DNA from: the human T2T-CHM13v2.0 reference genome, Homo sapiens
NCBI RefSeq assembly: GCF_009914755.1
Contig: NC_060942.1
Length of the DNA: 64,000 nt
Direction: 5' to 3' (one strand)
In this document: positions 16,386 to 35,212 of the stretch, piece by piece
Layout of the letters: each line of letters starts with the position of its first letter
Numbering within the stretch: position 1 is the first letter of the stretch
Translations under genes and position numbers: made by a program
The notes under the pieces: model-generated
Database searches by the model: none
What the model saw: the letters and a program-made list of their open reading frames with translations, nothing else
What the model was told of the DNA's origin: nothing

Positions 16386-17467
16386 TCTTTAACAGAAGAA
16401 CTTCGTCTTTTCTATTTCATTTCTCAGTAATTTTGCTACTAACATTTGGGGACCAACACAATAAAAACAAACCATCATTTCCCCCACCCTGAGGAGGCAC
16501 TTTGTTGCTAATTCAGTGCCAGTTTTAAGGATGCTAAATAATATAGTAGTACTTCAGGGACTATTATGGCCATGGCTGAAAATAGAAAAATGATACTTCT
16601 ATTAGTTGGTGAAAAACAGTAATAGAATTAAAACTCAATATAATATTGTTGAGAATTCATTGTATTGCCAAGATTAAGACATCCAGAAAAACAATTTCAT
16701 AAGCAGTTAGAGATTGCTGAAAGACTGTTGACAACAGTATCAGTTTATGAACCAGTAAGAAAAGAAATAACTTTATTGCTAAGAAAGATGTAGTGACAGT
16801 TTAAATTGTACCAGGCAGCCCACAATAGTAATTCTTAGGAAGGGATGTAAGTAGTGACCTACATGCTGCTTTGAGCTGAATACAATGTGTTTCTTTCAAT
16901 TTTGAGAGCAGATGTACTTACACAGATGTAAGCTGACACTGACAAATTGGAGCAGTTAAAGCTAGTGTAAAAGTATTTTGATAGATTTTTTTTTCACAAA
17001 TTGCTTCATATTCTGACTTCACTTTAGGAATTCTAAGAGCAACTAAAGAGAGACCCTTAAATAATTCTTTTGATGTTGGTTTTCTTCTAATCCCTATTGT
17101 CAAATGCTCTATGTCTATCTGAACTCACTATCAGCATGCTGAAAGGTCACAAAAAAGGTATCTCTTCTATGTAATCGCCTTCAATGGTTCTGAACACAGC
17201 AATCATGTATCTTCCAAGCCTTCCTTTCTTTAGGTGACATGACCCTCCACTCCTCTTATGTCAACATTTCCAGGCTCTCCATAATCTTGATGACTCTTTT
17301 CTAAAGTCAGACAAATTGTTAATTTCTCTTTGACAAGAAGGCACCCCGAATGATACTTCACCTTTCAAATGTGGCTGACAAGTGAGGAATACAGAATGGC
17401 CATTATCATCCACATTCTGTAGGAAATCCTGCTAGGATGCAGCCTGGGAAAGCTTTGGATTGCATGG

Positions 17468-17984
17468 TGTGATGGTTAATATTGAGTGTCAACTTGATTG
17501 GATTGAAGGATGCAAAGTACTGTTCCTGGGTGTGTCTGTGAGGGTGTTGCCAAAGGAGATTAACATTGGAGTCAGTGAACTGGGAAAGGCAGACCCACCC
17601 TTAATTTGGGTGGACACCATCTAATCAGCTGCCAGCCCAGCCAGAATAAAAGCAGGCAGAAGAACGTGGAAAGACTAGACTGGCTAAGTCTTCCAGACTA
17701 TATCTTTCTCCTGTGCTGGATGCTTCCTACCCTTGAACATCGGCCTCCAGATTCTTCATCCTAGGACTCTTGGACCTTCAACTACAGACTGAAGGCTGCA
17801 CTGTCGGCTTCCCTACTTTTAAGATTTTGGGGCTTGGATTATCTTCCTTGCTCCTCAGCTTGCAGATAGTTTATTGTGGGACTCTACCTTGTGATCACAT
17901 GAGTCAATACTCTTTAATAAACTCCCCTGTATATATACATCTATCCTATTAGTTCTGTCTCTCTAGAGAACCCTGACTAACACA
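17468..17984 (+). mobile_element. MLT2A-type solo LTR (HERV-L)
   Basis: Starts tgtgatggttaatattgagtgtcaacttgattggattgaagg, ends ccctgactaacaca; 5-bp TSD catgg (17463-17467 / 17985-17989). Confidence 0.92.
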
Positions 17985-18119
17985 CATGGCCTATAATCTC
18001 ATTTTTTACTTCTGGTAAGCTCTTTTTGGGTGACTTTTAGATCTTCTTTATATCAAATGATGTTAAATCATCCCAAATTTTGATCCTTTGCTTCAGTTAA
18101 CGGGAAATGAAAGGCCTAT

Positions 18120-18422
<303 letters not shown>

Positions 18423-19448
18423 TATTCTGTCATTCTTATGCAATACATGCATATATCACCTATTCTTGCCAGTTATGTGTAGCAGCTAATGTGATGAGAA
18501 AAGCAAAAATAACAAAACCACAATTTACTGAGTGCGTTACATGGCCCTATGCATTTAAGTGCTTTACCTACAGTATCTTATTTATCACACCAGTATTAAG
18601 GATTATTATAACAATTACGAAGTATTATTATACCTATTTTCAATGAGGAAGCTGAAGCCGACAAGTTTGTAAACTCAAAATTGAAAGCTGGTTCTAATTT
18701 CTGTAGTCTTAACCATCCTGTACCCTCCCATAAGCATGTCATCTATATCCTTACTCAAACGCTAGCAAATTATTCACTAAGATTGGGCAAATCAGTAATC
18801 TCCTTTGGTAACACCAGTGATCAGTGATCAGTGAGTTGGCTCAGTCCGTTAACCAAAAAGCTGTTTAACCAACTACATATGTTCCTATTGCCCAGGCCTC
18901 GTTTGTTTGTTTTTCCTGCAAGGTAATTGTGATCTACTGTTTCCAATGCTATCCTAAGTACAGTCACATTCCTGTGATGTACCTCTCTCAACTAAGACAA
19001 AGAGGGAAATACGGGTAGTTCCATATACCCCTTGTTAATACATCTATGCTGTTTTCCCATTTTCGAAATCATCCCAAACCATCAATTTTAAAGTTTATTT
19101 TAGAATTTTGCAAGACTCATATGAAGGTAAATATTTGCAGTCTAAAAAAATCTTCTCTTCGGGAAAGTGAGATGACATTTACTCTTTTCCTGGTACATTC
19201 CTCATGGTTCCTAAAATATCACCAATAGTAATTGTGCAATCATATCTGGGTTCCTTCAGATGGAAACAAAATTTTCATGGCTTTATATGACTTCTTATTT
19301 GTGGTAGTTATCTGGTTTTTGTTCTAGGTTGAGCTTAGGTGAGTGGCGTCAACTTTGTCAGCTTGGAATTGGGCAGGAAATGAGAATCAGGGGCCACAGG
19401 GAAGAACAGGGGTGAGAAAAGCAACCTCAGTGGGTGCCAGAGGTGTAG

Positions 19449-19890
<442 letters not shown>

Positions 19891-19944
19891 CCACACTTGC
19901 ACACTTTTAAGATTTTTACACTTCATTTAAACTGGTAAAAATGA

Positions 19945-24428
<4,484 letters not shown>

Positions 24429-25809
24429 AATCCCACCTTCAGACAATGAATGAGTCAGGATGCAGGAAAAACTAATAGTGTGGTTCACCATCTAGTTCAA
24501 AGCTGGACATTGGAACTGAGTTTGTACCTAAGAATAAGTAGAACCAAGTTAGTCTCCAAATTTTTAAACGTCTGCCATGATGAACCAGGGTCTGTGTGTG
24601 TGGCAGTGAGAAGAGCACACTTGAAGAATGTACTCATGGGTGGACTTGGGACCTGGTTGGAGACAGGCACTACTATGCATAAGGCCTGCATCTTCCATTT
24701 TCCCTGTCTGATAGGTCAGTGCTGTCACTGTGGGAGAGAGAAGGCAGGCAGGAGAAGGGAGGTGGTGGAATTTTCCTCTTATTCTTCTCTGAGTCTCTAG
24801 AAATTTGGGTACTTCTTAATGACCAGACACATGTCCTGAATATTGCTCCTGCCTTACCCCCACATCACTGGCTACTGCAAACTCCTAATAGTCACCTTGA
24901 TGCCATAATTAAGGCAAAAAAGACTGGAGTTGGCCATAGGAAAAGGCATTTAAAATACATTTTGATGTGCCATGAAACACAGATGAATGCCCATTCATTG
25001 GCTATGTTTTACATGGGCTTTAGCTGTAGAAATGCAACAGCTCTGAAATTTATACTTAGAGAAAATAACTACTCATTCATCTGAACAAAAACATAAAAGT
25101 TTTCCAGGAAATGTGAAGAATCATTAACTTCACAGATTCTGAACAGAAAGTATAATTGCATACGCTATAAGGCAGAAGTATATTTGAAAGCATTTGTGAG
25201 TGAAATGGAAACATGCCCCATCAATCCATTATCACCAGAATCACATAGTATTTAAATGGCCACAGATACTCTGACTAAATCAATTAGGTACAAAGACAGA
25301 AATAATGAGTACTGTTGGTGGTCAAAAGCTTTTCCAGATAGGTGTTTAGGTGTTGGAAAGATGACTTCTACCCACTTTTATTACCTTTATGCCATGGTAA
25401 ATTATAGTAATTTCTTATGCCTTGGGTGAAAGAATGGAAAGATAATATTCACCGTATTGAGGATGGTTTAACTTTTCTATAGAGAAGCACCGAACAATCA
25501 CTACCACATGAAAAGGGATAAAAGCTTTCTGGTCAAAATGTACTCTATTATGCTAGCAATATAAGCTATTCGACATATTCTGTTGTGGAAATTCCCAAGC
25601 TCCCAAGATTCCGATAAGGAACGTGCTGCACGAGCTCAGGGCAGCAAGGAGATTAGACAATAAATAAACAAAGCTCCCCTTTCACAAGCTGCGGTCCCAT
25701 GGCTGAGAATCCGCTCTTGTTCTTCTCTCTTCTAACCCCTGGGTCTTGTTCTTCCCTTCCTCTTCTCTGGGTCTTTATTAATTGGGCTTTGTGTCTATTC
25801 TAATGAAAA

Positions 25810-26090
25810 AGGCACCGATGCTCCGTCCCACTCCTTCCTGCGCCCCCGTGGAAGGACGGTGGGGGGACGACGGCGTAGGTCCAGGGGAGCTGAGAGTGCG
25901 TCTGTGTTTCCCCGGAGACGCGCTCGGCCCGGGGGCGGGTGGCGGCGTCAGTCCCGGGGAGGACCGGCAGGGGGCGGTCGAGGCTGAGGACTGCGCAGGA
26001 CCGCCCGGGCGGGACGTGCCGTGTGTACTGCGGGACTTGCATAATACCACTCTCCAAGTCAGGGTGCCTTCCAGGAAATCCTGAGCGAGT
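25810..26090. promoter_or_regulatory. Small CpG island / candidate promoter
   Basis: Non-repeat, very GC- and CpG-rich stretch in an AT-rich background, with GC boxes (gggggcgggt, ggggcggt, gggcggga). Confidence 0.75.
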
Positions 26091-26552
26091 TGCTCATTCA
26101 AGTTTTTAAATGTTTGCCGTTGGTGACTTAATCAAAGAATCAAAGGATGTCAGGGGCCTGGATTGCTGTTATCTTCTTTCAAAGGCTCTCCTTCAACGGA
26201 TAAAAAATTAAGGCTCAGAGCAGCTCTGGGTCTAACTAGCTAGTTAGTGGCAGAGCTGACGCTGTAACTGAGGTCTACTAACTGCCTGCCCTAGCTCTGA
26301 AAAAAAAAAAAAAATCCATGTGGCCACTGCCAGCTTCTATTTACAAGATAAATTTCTAACGCTGAAAGAACATTCTCTCCTCTCCCGGTCCCTTCTGAGT
26401 TCGCATTTCTGTGGCTTAAGCTGCAAGTGGTGAAGCTTATTTCGGGAACAGAAGCGCAAATTTAAAATACAATAGAATTATGAATAGATTGCAATATTTG
26501 ACTATTTTATAACAACCATAGACTCTGATGGTAAAAACAGTTAAAACCTAAG

Positions 26553-26797
26553 CCTTTCTTTCTTTTCTTTTCTTTCCTTTCTTTCTTTTCTTTTCTTTCT
26601 CTCCTTCCTTCCTTCCCTTTCTTTCTCTCCTTCCTTTCTCTCCTTCCTTCCTTTCTCTTCTTCTCTCCTTTTCTTTCTTTCTCTCTTTCTTTTCTTTCTC
26701 TCCTTCCTTCTTTCCTTCCTTTCTTTCTCTCTTTCCTTCCTTTCTCTCCTTTTCTCCTTTTCTTTCTTTCTCTCCTTCCTTCCTTCCTTTCTCTCCT

Positions 26798-26831
<34 letters not shown>

Positions 26832-26950
26832 CTTCCTTCCTCCCTCCCTCCCTCCCCCCCACCCCCCTCTTTCTTTCTTTCTTTCTTTCTTTCTTCTGTC
26901 CCGGAGATCTTAATGAGCTCCTTGTGTATTCTTTCTTTCTTTTCTTTCTG
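26553..26950. repeat. ~400-bp polypyrimidine/polypurine simple repeat (TTTC/TTCC/CT)
   Basis: Almost exclusively C and T on the + strand. Confidence 0.95.
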
Positions 26951-27119
26951 GTCTAGTGTAGCTGCCTGTCGTCTTTTAATATATTTAGGAATAAGGAGGC
27001 TTTGTGAATTTTACATTCATGTGATCATTTTGGGAATTTTATTAATAATATTATTATATCCTCAATTTCTGAGCCCCACCCCAGAACAATTAATTTAGGC
27101 TCTAAGGGTGTTTTTAAAA

Positions 27120-27290
27120 ACAGGCTATTCAAAATGTGGTTCTTGGACCAGTGGCATTGGCGCCCCCTGGGAGCTCGTTAGGCATGCAGAATCACAGGCC
27201 CCACTTCAGACCCGCTAAATTAGCATCTGCATTGTAACAGGACTTCCAGGTGATTCTTAACTGCACTAAAGTTTGAAAAGACCAACTCTA
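27120..27290. mobile_element. MER5A-like hAT-Charlie MITE
   Basis: tcaaaatgtggttcttggaccagtggcat...atgcagaatcacaggcccca...ccaggtgattct...cactaaagtttgaaa. Confidence 0.8.
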
Positions 27291-29131
27291 AGCCCCCGAT
27301 AACTCCAGTGAACATTTGGCAGAGGGCCTCACCTCTTCAGCATGGTATTGAACGGGGCCCCTGGTCCTTACCTTAGTGTTCCTGTCCATAATTAACTTGG
27401 CAGAGCCCATTTAAAAGAAGAGAACATTTTTACTTGTGCTTTAAGATCAGGCTGAAAGAATACTGGAATGAAGGAGTTCTTAATGAGCTCCTTGTGTATT
27501 CTTAGATGGGACTTAAAAATTTTTTTTTATTTTTTTAATGTGAAAGGGCACTATTGATACACAAGGAACTCGTGGGAACTGAAAAAAGGAAACCAGTTTC
27601 TAGGTGGGCTCTGTTGCCTGTATTTGACTCACTCACCGATAACACACTCATAAACTGACACACACATAAACTCTGTTGGGCTCTCAGGATATAAGAACAT
27701 TTGGTAATAAACTAATATTAGCAGATAATTTATCTTTTTTGTTTTGTTTTATTATACTACCAAGCATAACACAGTGTTTTGTATATACCAGGTGACTAAC
27801 TATTGTTGGCAGCAAGAACAGTAGATAAATATTTATGGAAGGAACGCTGTGCAAACAGTACCCTCTAGGAACAAAATGTTTTCCTAATTAGTTAGAATAG
27901 TTAATAGTTTATTGTTATTCATGCAAGAATTGAGCAATTGGGATTGATGATTTCAGTTATCTGGTTTGCTTTTGGATAAGATGACTTTTGATCCCCTAGT
28001 GCTGAAAACAAGAACTGGCAGAGCAAGTTCTGGTGTACCTAACAATAGTGTTCATAAATAACTTCCTGCCACACTGATAAAAACATCTAGCTAAATTCAT
28101 TTTTAACTGATAGTAAGTGCTATTTGTTTTTAACTGATTTTCCATGCCACATATTTGTAAATCTATTTCACTGTGTTCTGGGAGCACGAAAGACTGGTGC
28201 TACATTAATTCAAGCATATATTAGAGGGAAATGGATATAAACTTTCTGCTAATATTTCCAGGTAGCCTGACAGTCAGATGTTAGAAGTATTCAATTGCCA
28301 AGTTAAAAAGTAACAGGAAGAATCAAAAAATATTTTTCTGTGATTGGGAATCCAAGCTGGGAAATGAGACTTCTTTGCCTTGTCTTCTACTTTCAAATTG
28401 GGGTGCTCACCTTCCCCAACATCTCCCAGCAGCTGCCACCTCACCTCCTTCCTCCTACTTAATAGGAATAATTTTCAGCTGCTCTCTGAGGGAAGGTCTG
28501 CAGCAGTCGCCAACTTCTGGGTTTAGGCGGCATCCTTAAGCTGTTCCAGTAACTCAGTGCCAAAAAGTTCCTCTTGGTGAGTGCCAGGATACAAAAAAGC
28601 TGAGATTTCCTGTTAAGGACTTAGCAAAAGCCTGGTCAAGTTCAACCTGGGTCTGCCAGGTACCCAAAGCCTTTTCTCGTTAGTGACAAGGTAATTCAAG
28701 AGGAAGAATGTGTAATGGTCAGTGACGGCAGGACTTGTGGTAACTGTGGAGTCTTAGAGGCAGGGGTGCTGAGAAGTCGTTATGGTGTGAGTATCATATA
28801 GGACATGATAGATGGATGGAATACTAGTGATGCCTTTTCTTAGCCCATTTAGGAGAGACTGTGTCTGGGATGTCTGAGGGGTTCTGTTTCAGATGGCAGG
28901 AGCTGTGTCATGGAAAGGTGACATATTCGTCCTGCTGGAAGGGCTGGCTTGCTCACCGCTGCTTTGCCTCTCGCTCCTGGAGATGATGTCTCTTATGAAA
29001 CGGGCTAGTGGGGGATAGTGGTGGTGGGCCCAGTCGTTCCATTCGGTTATTTGGCCTAACTTCTTAAAAATACGGTTTTACTGAAATATAACATAAATGC
29101 AAGAGTACATGGTCAGGTCATAAGTTTACAG

Positions 29132-30154
29132 TGTTGGGGCTCAGAAACCTGTACCCCAAAATATGGAGCTCGGACATGCTGAACTGAATAAGCCTCTCAA
29201 GTCTCTCTGAGCTCCCAGTCCCAGTCTCTCATCCTGGCTCTCTCTGAAGACATAGAGTGAAGTTGTTCTCTAAAGTTCCCTCATCTGCCTAAAGTCTGGA
29301 CCTGCCAAAGAAAACAACCACCCCCTTCCTCCCACCACCTCCTGCACTCCCTGCCTACTGTCCCTTTCCTGCGTTTTCACTAACTGAACTCATATCGCAG
29401 GAAGAAAGACTGAAGTCTGTCCAGGTAAAGAAAGTCTCATCTGGACGGACTTTTTTCACAAACCACTGTCGCTCTGCAGGCCCCACAGGCTTTGTCCCAG
29501 GTCACTGTGTGTTCTTTAAGCCCATTGAACTCTCCTAAAAATCATTTAGTACCTCCCTAAAATAATACACACTTCCCCATCTTTCTTTTTCCTTAAGAAG
29601 GGTATGTAAGCATCTGGATCCCACTGGGTTATTTTGTAACAATTCTCCTTCCATTCCCCTGTGTTATGCACATCGATATGGTTTGGCTTTGTGTCCCCAC
29701 ACAAATCTCATGTCAAATTGTCATCCTCACATGTTGGCGGAAGGGCCTGGTGGGAGGTGACTGAATCATGGGGGCAGACTTCCCTCTTGCTGTTCTCTTG
29801 ATAGAGTTCTCAAGAGATCTGGTTGTTTGAATGCGTATAGCACTTCCCCCTTCATTCTTTCTTCCTACTGCTCCAGCAATGTAGGACATGCCTGCTTCCC
29901 TTTCCCCTTCCACCATGATTGTAAGTTTCCCGAGGCCTCACCAAGCACGCTTCCTGTACAGCCTGTGAAACCCTAAGCCAATTAAGCCTCTTTTCTTTAT
30001 AAATTACCCTGTGTCAGGTAGTTCTTTATAGTAATGTGAGAACAAACTAATACATTAAATTTGTGTGCCATTTCTTCTATTAATCTGCCTTTTAAAAGTT
30101 GATTTTCAGCAAACCTTCAGAGGGTGAAGGGGAAGTTTCCCCTTGGCCCCTACA
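29132..30154 (+). mobile_element. MER39/MER4-group ERV1 solo LTR containing a nested MaLR LTR
   Basis: TG..CA termini (tgttggggctcagaaac ... ccttggcccctaca); 4-bp TSD acag (29128-29131 / 30155-30158). Confidence 0.82.
29674..30054 (+). mobile_element. THE1D/MSTA-type MaLR solo LTR
   Basis: gatatggtttggctttgtgtccccac...caaatctcatg ... gagaacaaactaataca. Confidence 0.88.
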
Positions 30155-31197
30155 ACAGCTCAAAAAATTGTCACAAAGTGAACATGCCCATGGAATCAAC
30201 TTTCAGTCCAGAAAGTGAACATTAGTTATATTCCAGAGGCTTGCTACCTTCTTTCCCCTTCCCAGAGATAAACAACCCTGGCTTCTGATACCATAGATTC
30301 GTTTGGTCTGTTTTTGAACTTGAGATAAATGATGTCTAGATCTAGTAAATGGTAAAGGTGCAGCTTGAACTCACGTCCTTGGAATTCAGAACGAATGCCC
30401 ATGTCACTGTACATTCTGCCAAGACACTCAGCCCTCAAGAGCTGTCAGCTTCTGTGAGTTTCCCACCCCCATCCGGCACAGGATTGATGAGCAGAGAAAT
30501 GACCAGTGAGCAGCCTGAGGGAAAAGACGGGGAAGATGGTAAGTTTGTGCATTCCGCATACGGGATCACCAGCCTCTGAGTAACAGATCGTGTGCACTGA
30601 ATGGAAAACAGCATTCAGAAAGGGACTATAGATCCTCAGAAATCTAGAAGAGGATATGTGGCTAATTTTAGAGGAAACATTAACTTTGGCTTTTAAAGGT
30701 TACCAGTCTCATAACCATCATCTGGAGCTCTCTGTCTCCAGGGAAAGTAGTGCTAGCAAGTCAGGAGGAGTGTATTCTTCTGTGTTTGTACAGCCCCAGT
30801 GAAATGAATCCTCTGAAAGTAGTCAGTCTCTTCTGTTTTTTCATTTTCCAGGTTGCATGGGCCTCAGTCTAGATCCAAGAGACCGGCCTCTTGGATGAAC
30901 AAATGCACGCTTAACCTTTAACATGGGACCAGTTCTTGGCTTCCTTGCTTAGGGAGCATGACCACTCTTGGGGCTGTGCCGACTCTCCGTTATAACCAGA
31001 AAGTGAAGATGCTTTTTCTCCTCACCCCCTGCCTTCCCTGCGCCAGTGCCAGCACATTTCTTTAGGGACATTATGCTATTTCTCTAAGCCTGAAAGTGAT
31101 AAAGAGGAAATTATGTAACATTTGCTCAGTTGCTATTTAAAAAACAAAAACAAAAACAAAACAAAAACAATTCAAAGAGATCACTGGGAAAATTATT

Positions 31198-31498
<301 letters not shown>

Positions 31499-32570
31499 CA
31501 GAAAATTATTTTTTATGTGCTTTTTGGGAAAATTATTTTATATATGCTTATAAAAGCAAATTTTCAAGGCCCCATACATTAAAAAAACTTACATTTAAAC
31601 AATAGTTCAGTTTCTTTTTAAACACCCATTCATAGGTATGGCTGGGGTGTTTTGGCAGAGAGCGGGGAAAGGGTTTAGATGAATATTCGGAAGGAAATTC
31701 AGAAATACCCCCAGGGACCAGAAACTTCATGATAAAATGCATCCTCCACAGGGAGAGGCATTTCAAAACCAGCCCATGTGAATCAAGTGACCATTTCAGG
31801 GAAGAAACTGAATATGTTAGAGACAAAAACAAAGTGTAGATAATTTTATAAAAGTGGAGGTGGTGGAAGAATACGCGGATGTGGCTGGAGAGAAGGGAGC
31901 GATGGGTTATATAAGTTTATATCTTAAAATAAATTTCTTAGAGCTCTGTTTGTTATTATTTCATATTGAGAATAAAGGAAGCAAAGCAGTTCTAAGCCTT
32001 TTTATTTGGAATTTTTCATACAATATTATGATGATCATCTCCTCTTGAAAAAACAAAAGAGATGTAAATGTCATTCCAAGGGCATTTGGGGTAGAGAGTA
32101 TGTTTCAATTCTGAAAGGGGTTCCAAATCAGTGATAAATTTGGGTCAGCAAGACAAGAAAAATGTTTTGCATTTTGATGTTCAATACTGTTTCTTTCAGT
32201 ACAATGACATAATTGGACTAATAGGAATTGGCCCCCTGACCCCTCAGATATTAAGAGAAAAGGCTGACCAGAAACAAATTCTTTAGATCTAAAGTCAGAG
32301 TCCTGGGTAGGTGGTCCTTTTCTGAGCTGGGGGGATGTGTAGTGTGTGTGTGTTTGTAGAACTCAAATGGAATGAATCCTTCGTAAGTAAGCAGACTCTC
32401 ACATCTGTTCTTCTGTTTTTGCTTTTTACCAGCCCTTTACTTTGTGTTCTTATCAATGAGACTTACTCTAGAATTTCTGATTAAAGATATATCTTTAGGA
32501 GAAAAATTTAATTGCATGCATCATAGCCTTGAACTAATTATATTTTTGGGTACAGGTAAAAAGCAGGTCA

Positions 32571-33000
<430 letters not shown>

Positions 33001-33486
33001 TCACTAGAAGGCCCAGGCAGGGAGACCTGTGCACAGCAGCGGCAAGTGGGGAGAGATTCAAATCCCTTAAGAAGCACCAGAGTGGATGACTTTGGAGCCA
33101 GACAACTCCATTTGTGAAGCAGAAAGGCTAGGCATGGATACGGGAAAGAGGAAGAAATGATCATTATGTTCTAAGGATAAATATTCCCTGGGAGAGCTGG
33201 CCAGGAAGCAAATGGATAAGCAGAGGGGATGAGGACCTGACAGAAAGGGAGATCCTGCCCTGGAGACATAGCGTGGCTCAGGGTCCTCTCTCCTTGGCCC
33301 CAGCCAGTCCTGCAGCCTTGTAAGTCACGTGGCGTTTATACAGGGAACTGCAGAGGCATGCAAAACCCAGTCTATCCCAACCTGAGCTCACCCTCCATAT
33401 CATATTACTCTGACTAGGTCATCCCCCCACGACCCAGGCCCAAAGACCACCGTTCCTTTTCTTGACCACCCGCAGGTGGTGAGTGA

Positions 33487-33849
<363 letters not shown>

Positions 33850-34161
33850 TAAGCCCAAACCCACAGTAATCCATCCAAGCCCTCTCGGATCATGCCTGAA
33901 CACTCTCTGAGGATACAGGTAATACTGCACTGCTGTGGTCAAGAAAGACGACACTTGATTGTCCTCCAGTGGGCCTGCCTCATTGCTTTGTTCATGCTGC
34001 CCCATTGTTTTGATCTCCTCCATCTCTGCATGGCAATATTCTATCTATTGTTTAAGATCCAGTTTAAATCCCATCTCCTCCAGGAAGCTTGCTTGCTCTG
34101 ATGCAAAGAGAAGGAAGCTGCCTCTTCATCTTTTCCACATCTTTAATGGGCTATTATATAG

Positions 34162-34557
<396 letters not shown>

Positions 34558-34660
34558 TAGACATGCTCATATGGAAAATGTAATAACTGGCATGGGTAAA
34601 AAATAAAGGTATCCTTTCTCCACAGTTTAGTTATTTAAAGATAAGTTATTATCATGTATC

Positions 34661-35156
34661 TGTATTTATTCCTTATTGCTACTGTAATAAATCACCACAA
34701 GCTTAGTGGATTAAAACAACATTACCTTATTATGTTACATTCCTGGAGGTCAGAAATATGAAATGGGTCTCATTGGCTGAAATCAAGGTGTCAACAGTGC
34801 GGTGTCCCTTTCTGCAGGTTCTAGGGGAGAAGCTCTTTCCTTGCCTTTTCCAGCTTTTAGAGGCCTCCTGTATTCCTGGATGTGTGGCCTCTTCCTCCAT
34901 ATGCAAAGCCGGCAGTGGTTGGCTGGGTCTGTCCAGGTCCCCCTCCAACGCTAACTTTTCCGCCTCCCTTTTCACGTGTAAGGCTGCTTGTGATTATCCA
35001 ACTGGATCATTCCAGATAATCTCCCTATTTTAAAGTCAGTTGTTTAGTAACCTTAATTCCAACTGGAATCTTAATTCTTCCTTGCCATGTAACATATTCA
35101 CAGGTTCCGGCATTAAGATGTGGATATCTTTGCAGGCTATTATTCTGTCTGCCACA
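34661..35156 (-). mobile_element. MLT1D/E-type MaLR solo LTR
   Basis: tgtatt...attgctactgtaataaatcaccacaagcttagtgg ... tattctgtctgccaca. Confidence 0.82.
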
Positions 35157-35212
35157 AGATCCTTTCATGTATTTCTCCTACTTTATAATATCAATATCAA
35201 TATGGAAAAGGA

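Noticed and set aside
25778-26101. Three overlapping Pro/Gly-rich ORFs
   Set aside because: Expected from stop-codon scarcity in a CpG island; no recognisable domain or splice structure.
26548-26862. Lys/Glu/Arg-rich ORF (also 6861-7172 and 3461-3643)
   Set aside because: Translation of purine simple repeats.
27475-27580. Possible pre-miRNA or snoRNA
   Set aside because: Loop of ~57 nt is too long for a canonical pre-miRNA and no convincing C/D or H/ACA boxes are present; kept only as an unclassified structure.
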